NCBI GenBank assembly: GCA_964393845.1
Contig: CAYMUX010000004.1
Span: 1-62,002, forward strand
Length of the DNA stretch: 62,002 bases
Source of the DNA: an uncultured Nitrospiraceae bacterium
Lineage (GTDB): Bacteria > Nitrospirota > Thermodesulfovibrionia > UBA6902
Direction of reading: 5' to 3'
The translations under genes were made by a program, and so were the position numbers. The notes below the pieces were generated by a model. That model saw only the letters and a program-made list of their open reading frames with translations. It was not told where the DNA came from and searched no databases. Shown here one piece after another: positions 57,642-62,002 of this stretch. Each line of letters opens with the position of its first letter. Within the stretch, counting starts at the first letter, position 1.

Positions 57642-60600
57642 TTACCATTGGGTTACGTTGTTCCACTTCTGGTTATTCCACGTCCCTGTCATGGTGTCAT
57701 GACATGCAGGCCACCAACCTTTGTCTCGAGGGAATCTGTAGGTAGTGCTATACTGGTAACCCGCACCTCCAGAAACTACACGCCCTCTATGATTGTCATT
57801 AAGACAGTTTGTAGCCATCAACCTCGGCAAACCCGAATTGTGCGGCTGATGACATTTTGAGCAGGGATAATTATGTTCCACGTTATTGCCCCATCCTTTT
57901 ACTGTCTCGTGAATCCTGTCGAGGCTCTTGAATGCAGTATTCTTGTTTATCCCGTCCGTCAGGTTGGCCTTCGGATGACACCTGAGACAAAGGCCGGCAA
58001 ATTTGGTTTCATCCTCGCTGATCTTTCCTCCCGCACCAAACGTCTGGCGGTCAAAATAAACCTGCTGGTCCACGCCGCTGTCATAGCGATGATAATTACT
58101 TATTGATGTGGGCGCAACGTCTTCCTTATAGGGCGATGTAAGCCATGTTCCCTTAAGAAGAGGAACCGCATATGCCTGGTCGCTCCCAAGGCTTGGGCTT
58201 ATACCGTGAGGGTCATGACATGGCGTGCAAAGCCCGTTGATTGATCCCTGCGCCGGGTTGGTCAATGAGGAAGACGCCTTCAGATGCCCGCCGAGCATGG
58301 TCCTGCTCGATCTGTATGAATATCTTGTGGTAGACCCCTTTGCGCCTGTACCGAAACGTAATGTATCTTTGTAGCCCATTATCGCCTCTGATGCGCCGTA
58401 TGTGGAATTATAGCCCCAGGGCTTTGTGCCGGAACTCGCTGTCTCATGGCAGTCAAAACACTGCGCTGCCCCTGCATTGTACGGATTAACTCCGGTTGTG
58501 TTCGCGGCAGCCTTGTACGTCATGGAATAGCCGCCCTTGCCTGCCTGCGTCTCTTTTAAATTCCCGCCGTTATTCGTCCCGTTAAATGTCTTATAGCCTG
58601 AAGTAACGCCTGTTGCCTTTGAACCGTGAGAGCTGTGACAGTCAAAACACTGAACGTTCTGGCCCCCGTTTCGCGTATTGGGTATCGTGCCGTCCAGTCC
58701 CGTTGCCGCATCCCATCCGCCCTGATTGGCTACTGCATTGCCGTGCGCGGAGAATGACTTGGTTATGTTCTTCTTCGCAGCATTCGTTGTTGTTGTATAT
58801 TTGCCCCAGGTGGTTGTGCCTGTCTGGGAATAACGCGCGGCTATACTCGTTCTGTCCCACGCGTACTGTCTCGGTGTCTTGCAGTCACCGTTGTCGGGGT
58901 CCACTATGTTGAACGACTCCGTATCATTGTTCTGGTCGCTGTGGCAGCTCAAACAGTGCTGGGTAACTTTTGTAACCTCAGTCCTCTCATCAACAGTGCC
59001 GACCTTGTTGGCTGTAAATGTTACCGCTGTAGTCCCGGCAGTATACGTCGTAGGCCGCGTTCCCGCTCCCCAGATGACAAGATCAGATGCTGCCTCTTTG
59101 ACAGAAACATGAGTTTCGAAATTATATCCTGCATGATAATCAACATTGATTAGTCCCATGTCCGTTGCCTCCCAGTGGCAGGCATAGCAGTGCTTATTTG
59201 TTAACGTCACGCCCTGAATGTGATGGGAATTGGAACGTAATTGTCCCATAATGTCCATCCGCTTGTTGATTACCCCTTCATGACACTTTGTGCAGTCTTT
59301 CGGAAGTCCGAATCCATCATGTCTCGGTATGGGTTTGTTTTGATGGCAGGTGTTACAAGCTTTGCCTGAGGCGTGGCTGTCGCTGAACCTGTGCTCATGA
59401 CAGGTCGTGCATATCCTGCCTGATTGATGCCCGTCTCCATAATCAAACCTGTAATGCTGTCCTGTTTGTGAATGGCATACATTGCATATACCGTTATACG
59501 GGGCCGATGTCTTTGCATAATCCAGTCCCGTCTGTTTCCTTGTAAAGGATACATCCCTGCGCGTTACCGGAATTCCGTATGTTCCGTCCGTTTCTGTAGC
59601 AACCTTGTTCTGTATCATGTATATATTGGTGTCGCCGTGAGGGTCGTGACAGTCCCAGCAGAACTTACCGCCCTTCCAAACTCCGTTATTCTGATACGCC
59701 GCATAATGCTTATAGCCGAAATGTGTTGAGGTAGCTTTACTCACTGCGGTAATATGACCGGTGCCGGGATTATAACCAAGCTGATACTGAGCGCCTGTAT
59801 GGCATTGCTGACACCTGTTGTTGCTGTCATCATCATGGCAAATCAGGCAAACGCCCATCATCACATACTGATTTTTGATATCCGTCTTTTCTGCCGCAGT
59901 CCACAGACCTACCCCTGTGATATGTGTTTGGTTATCTGTTGCATGACAGACCGCAACACAGGATGTCAGTCCGTTTATGTAGGATGTATGATCCTGGGAA
60001 AAAGGAGGACTTGTTATAGCCGTCAGTTGAGGCGCAAGCGAGCCGGCTGCATTATGGCAACTTAGACACTCGCTGTCCAGACCCTCCATGTGGCAGTATA
60101 CGCATTCTTTGTCGAAACGCTTATTGAACTGGTCATGCTTCTTCAGCCGGAAAGGGTTTGTCGAGTCATTATGCAATATATCATTGTCATGGCAGTACCA
60201 GCATGGATTCCCGGGAAAATTAGCGGGCGGATTACTTGACGTGTAATTACCCGAAGCAGCAGGCCTGCCATGCCCTGAACTTGCCCATTCATTCATATTG
60301 ATCTTTCCGCGCGTTCCATTAAATGCCCCGAAGTCATCAATATCACTTCCGGTCGTGCCGTGACATGAAAGGCAGATGACTGCGTTATCGACTGAATCCC
60401 CCCATTGAGGGTCGGCTCCGGTATGACAGGCTGTGTTAGAACAGGTTTTGCCGACCTGGCTGAATGTGCCCCCGCCTGAAAAAGTGACGTCTTTTATCTT
60501 GTTGACATGGTAAGCTGGATTTATATGGTTGATTTCGTCCATTGCGCCGCTTCCGGTGTGACACCCGGCTGTATCACAGCTTTGGGCTGTAATTGTGAGG

Positions 60601-62002
60601 GCATGACAGTTGTTACAGGTGAAATTCGTCAGCAGATGACGTTTATGCGTATTGGCCTTTTCCGTTCCCGCGCCGGTATTGGTATACATGGGCATGGCTG
60701 ACTTCCATTCCTCGCTGGCAGACCATCCTATTCTGCCGTCATTATGGCAGGGAGCGCAACTGCCGGTTGGGTGTCCATGACACGTATTACATTTCGCGTG
60801 TCCGTCCGTCCATGCAAAGGGTCTCACTTCAGGATTCACCGTGGTACCGTCACTGTGGCAGTACACATTGTTGCACACCATCGTCGCAGGGTTGTAACTC
60901 GGCGCCGGATTGCCGGCTATGTACCACTTCGACGCCATCACTATGTCCTTTGTCTCATTTACATGCTTTGAGTAGTCCTTTATATTGCCGGACGTATTCA
61001 CCGTAGCGTCATGACAGTAATAACACGGATATTTCCTCACCCACTGGCTGCTTACAAGACGATTATGCCCATTGCTGCTCATCTCAAGCGCCTCAAGACC
61101 CGTCCTCCCGTTATGACATGAATCACACGCCATGGCTGTGGTATCACCCCACTTTACCGCTACATTGGGCGCGCCTCCCCTTGCATTGCTGTGACAGTAT
61201 GTGCTCGTGCATGACTTGGTCCCTGCCGTATAAGTTCCCCCTGCTGAAAATATAACGTCCTTTGTATTGTTGGCGTGATAAGACTGGTTTTTGATTGCGC
61301 TGCTTCCGGTAGCTGTTTGATAATGACACTTCTCGCAGTGAAAGCCGTGCCCGGAAGCATCCGTATTCTTGCCATGCTTATAACTGAGCGCACTTAATGA
61401 ACCTCCTGCATCATGACAGGACGAACAGGTTACAGAGCCGTCCCATGACGGTGAAGTGGCCTGCCCACCTCCCCAGACCGTGCCGTTAGGAAGTTCGCCG
61501 TGGCAATATATACTGCTGCAGGTCTTGCTGCCCGTATTTATTACAGTAGTATTAACTTCGCTGTTGTCATAATTCGCAGTTGTCTGCCCGTCATATATGC
61601 CGCCGGAATACGCGCCCCCAAAGAGCGAAAATCCTATCGTTATGGTTCCATTATTGTGCGTTGACCCAGTGCCTAAGCTGTTGTAATGACAACTCTCACA
61701 GATGTATGCCTTGATGGTTACATGCTTATTATGCGCTCCAGCTGTTGTTGAGCCTGTAGCCGGACTATTCGCCAGACCGTCAGGGCCTCCGGTTGCCGTG
61801 TTTACCACAGGCGGATAACCATGGCAGACGTCACAGCCCACTACCTTGAAACCCTCCGTATGCCGGTGGCACGTCGTACACTTCACCCCGGCATTATGGG
61901 TATGGTTGCCCGTAACATCATTTTTGTGATATTGGGTCTGCGTGTGACAGACCTCACATATTCCATCATATGTCGCATCTCCATCAGCAAACGACTTTGA
62001 AC
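57642..62002 (-). CDS. very large multiheme c-type cytochrome, 5' end outside the window
   Basis: The frame stays open from 62002 (…SKSFADGDATYDGICEVCHTQTQYH…), so the track 'M' at 61886 is an internal GTG. Manual count gives 29 CXXCH, 5 CX4CH and 1 CX3CH. Paired CX4CH...CXXCH units resemble the Geobacter-type repeat. Confidence 0.9.
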   Translation of the reverse strand, partial: SKSFADGDATYDGICEVCHTQTQYHKNDVTGNHTHNAGVKCTTCHRHTEGFKVVGCDVCHGYPPVVNTATGGPDGLANSPATGSTTAGAHNKHVTIKAYICESCHYNSLGTGSTHNNGTITIGFSLFGGAYSGGIYDGQTTANYDNSEVNTTVINTGSKTCSSIYCHGELPNGTVWGGGQATSPSWDGSVTCSSCHDAGGSLSALSYKHGKNTDASGHGFHCEKCHYQTATGSSAIKNQSYHANNTKDVIFSAGGTYTAGTKSCTSTYCHSNARGGAPNVAVKWGDTTAMACDSCHNGRTGLEALEMSSNGHNRLVSSQWVRKYPCYYCHDATVNTSGNIKDYSKHVNETKDIVMASKWYIAGNPAPSYNPATMVCNNVYCHSDGTTVNPEVRPFAWTDGHAKCNTCHGHPTGSCAPCHNDGRIGWSASEEWKSAMPMYTNTGAGTEKANTHKRHLLTNFTCNNCHALTITAQSCDTAGCHTGSGAMDEINHINPAYHVNKIKDVTFSGGGTFSQVGKTCSNTACHTGADPQWGDSVDNAVICLSCHGTTGSDIDDFGAFNGTRGKINMNEWASSGHGRPAASGNYTSSNPPANFPGNPCWYCHDNDILHNDSTNPFRLKKHDQFNKRFDKECVYCHMEGLDSECLSCHNAAGSLAPQLTAITSPPFSQDHTSYINGLTSCVAVCHATDNQTHITGVGLWTAAEKTDIKNQYVMMGVCLICHDDDSNNRCQQCHTGAQYQLGYNPGTGHITAVSKATSTHFGYKHYAAYQNNGVWKGGKFCWDCHDPHGDTNIYMIQNKVATETDGTYGIPVTRRDVSFTRKQTGLDYAKTSAPYNGICNVCHSQTGQHYRFDYGDGHQSGRICTTCHEHRFSDSHASGKACNTCHQNKPIPRHDGFGLPKDCTKCHEGVINKRMDIMGQLRSNSHHIQGVTLTNKHCYACHWEATDMGLINVDYHAGYNFETHVSVKEAASDLVIWGAGTRPTTYTAGTTAVTFTANKVGTVDERTEVTKVTQHCLSCHSDQNNDTESFNIVDPDNGDCKTPRQYAWDRTSIAARYSQTGTTTWGKYTTTTNAAKKNITKSFSAHGNAVANQGGWDAATGLDGTIPNTRNGGQNVQCFDCHSSHGSKATGVTSGYKTFNGTNNGGNLKETQAGKGGYSMTYKAAANTTGVNPYNAGAAQCFDCHETASSGTKPWGYNSTYGASEAIMGYKDTLRFGTGAKGSTTRYSYRSSRTMLGGHLKASSSLTNPAQGSINGLCTPCHDPHGISPSLGSDQAYAVPLLKGTWLTSPYKEDVAPTSISNYHRYDSGVDQQVYFDRQTFGAGGKISEDETKFAGLCLRCHPKANLTDGINKNTAFKSLDRIHETVKGWGNNVEHNYPCSKCHQPHNSGLPRLMATNCLNDNHRGRVVSGGAGYQYSTTYRFPRDKGWWPACHDTMTGTWNNQKWNNVTQW

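Noticed and set aside
41344-62002. Compositional (GC) shift suggesting that the surface/redox locus is a horizontally acquired island.
   Set aside because: Spot counts of 60-nt lines gave about 53% GC in the cytochrome gene but also in ppdK and the histidine kinase, against about 37% in glyS. The variation is gene-to-gene. I cannot support an island boundary by eye, and no integrase, tRNA or flanking repeats are visible.

Overview
This 62-kb window comes from an anaerobe-like bacterium. Many families recall Geobacter/Desulfobacterota or Nitrospirota, but the lineage cannot be fixed from sequence alone. I found no rRNA, tRNA, CRISPR array or intact mobile element.

Left half (1-32 kb): housekeeping and signalling genes.
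- Housekeeping genes are glyQ-glyS, ppdK, add, a D-aminoacylase, an AmiC-like amidase, an AI-2E transporter and a NifU-like protein.
- Signalling genes are a PocR-domain protein, a small two-CW-like Cys-rich protein, a PilZ-sigma54 activator, a HAMP-PAS-GGDEF-EAL protein and a hybrid histidine kinase. The GGDEF-EAL protein and the kinase each follow a PhnD-like binding protein.
- There are also an ArsR regulator with a perfect 13-2-13 operator and three decayed gene remnants (formate-dehydrogenase-like, pirin-like and a cytochrome c fragment).

Right half (32.7-62 kb): about 29 kb of annotated genes that are almost all on the minus strand, with two notable parts.
1. An operon-like run of TPR, YedE-like, ArsP-like permease fusion, cupin, PqqD-like, radical SAM/SPASM and a SPASM protein that lacks the radical SAM motif. 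No precursor gene sits beside it.
2. A cell-surface/redox locus with these members:
   - a multiheme cytochrome truncated by the window edge, with about 35 heme motifs including CX4CH variants;
   - a 2438-aa beta-propeller/FN3/DUF2341 protein;
   - a tandemly duplicated module of CarboxypepD_reg-like protein, 20-codon gene and NosD-like beta-helix protein;
   - a ResB-like protein.

The most interesting signal is the pair of unannotated 20-codon genes. They encode KKIKYV(A/P)PRIVG(R/Q)AVVHPC, have strong Shine-Dalgarno sites and downstream hairpins, and differ mostly by synonymous changes. All family names are recalled from motifs. No database search was run.
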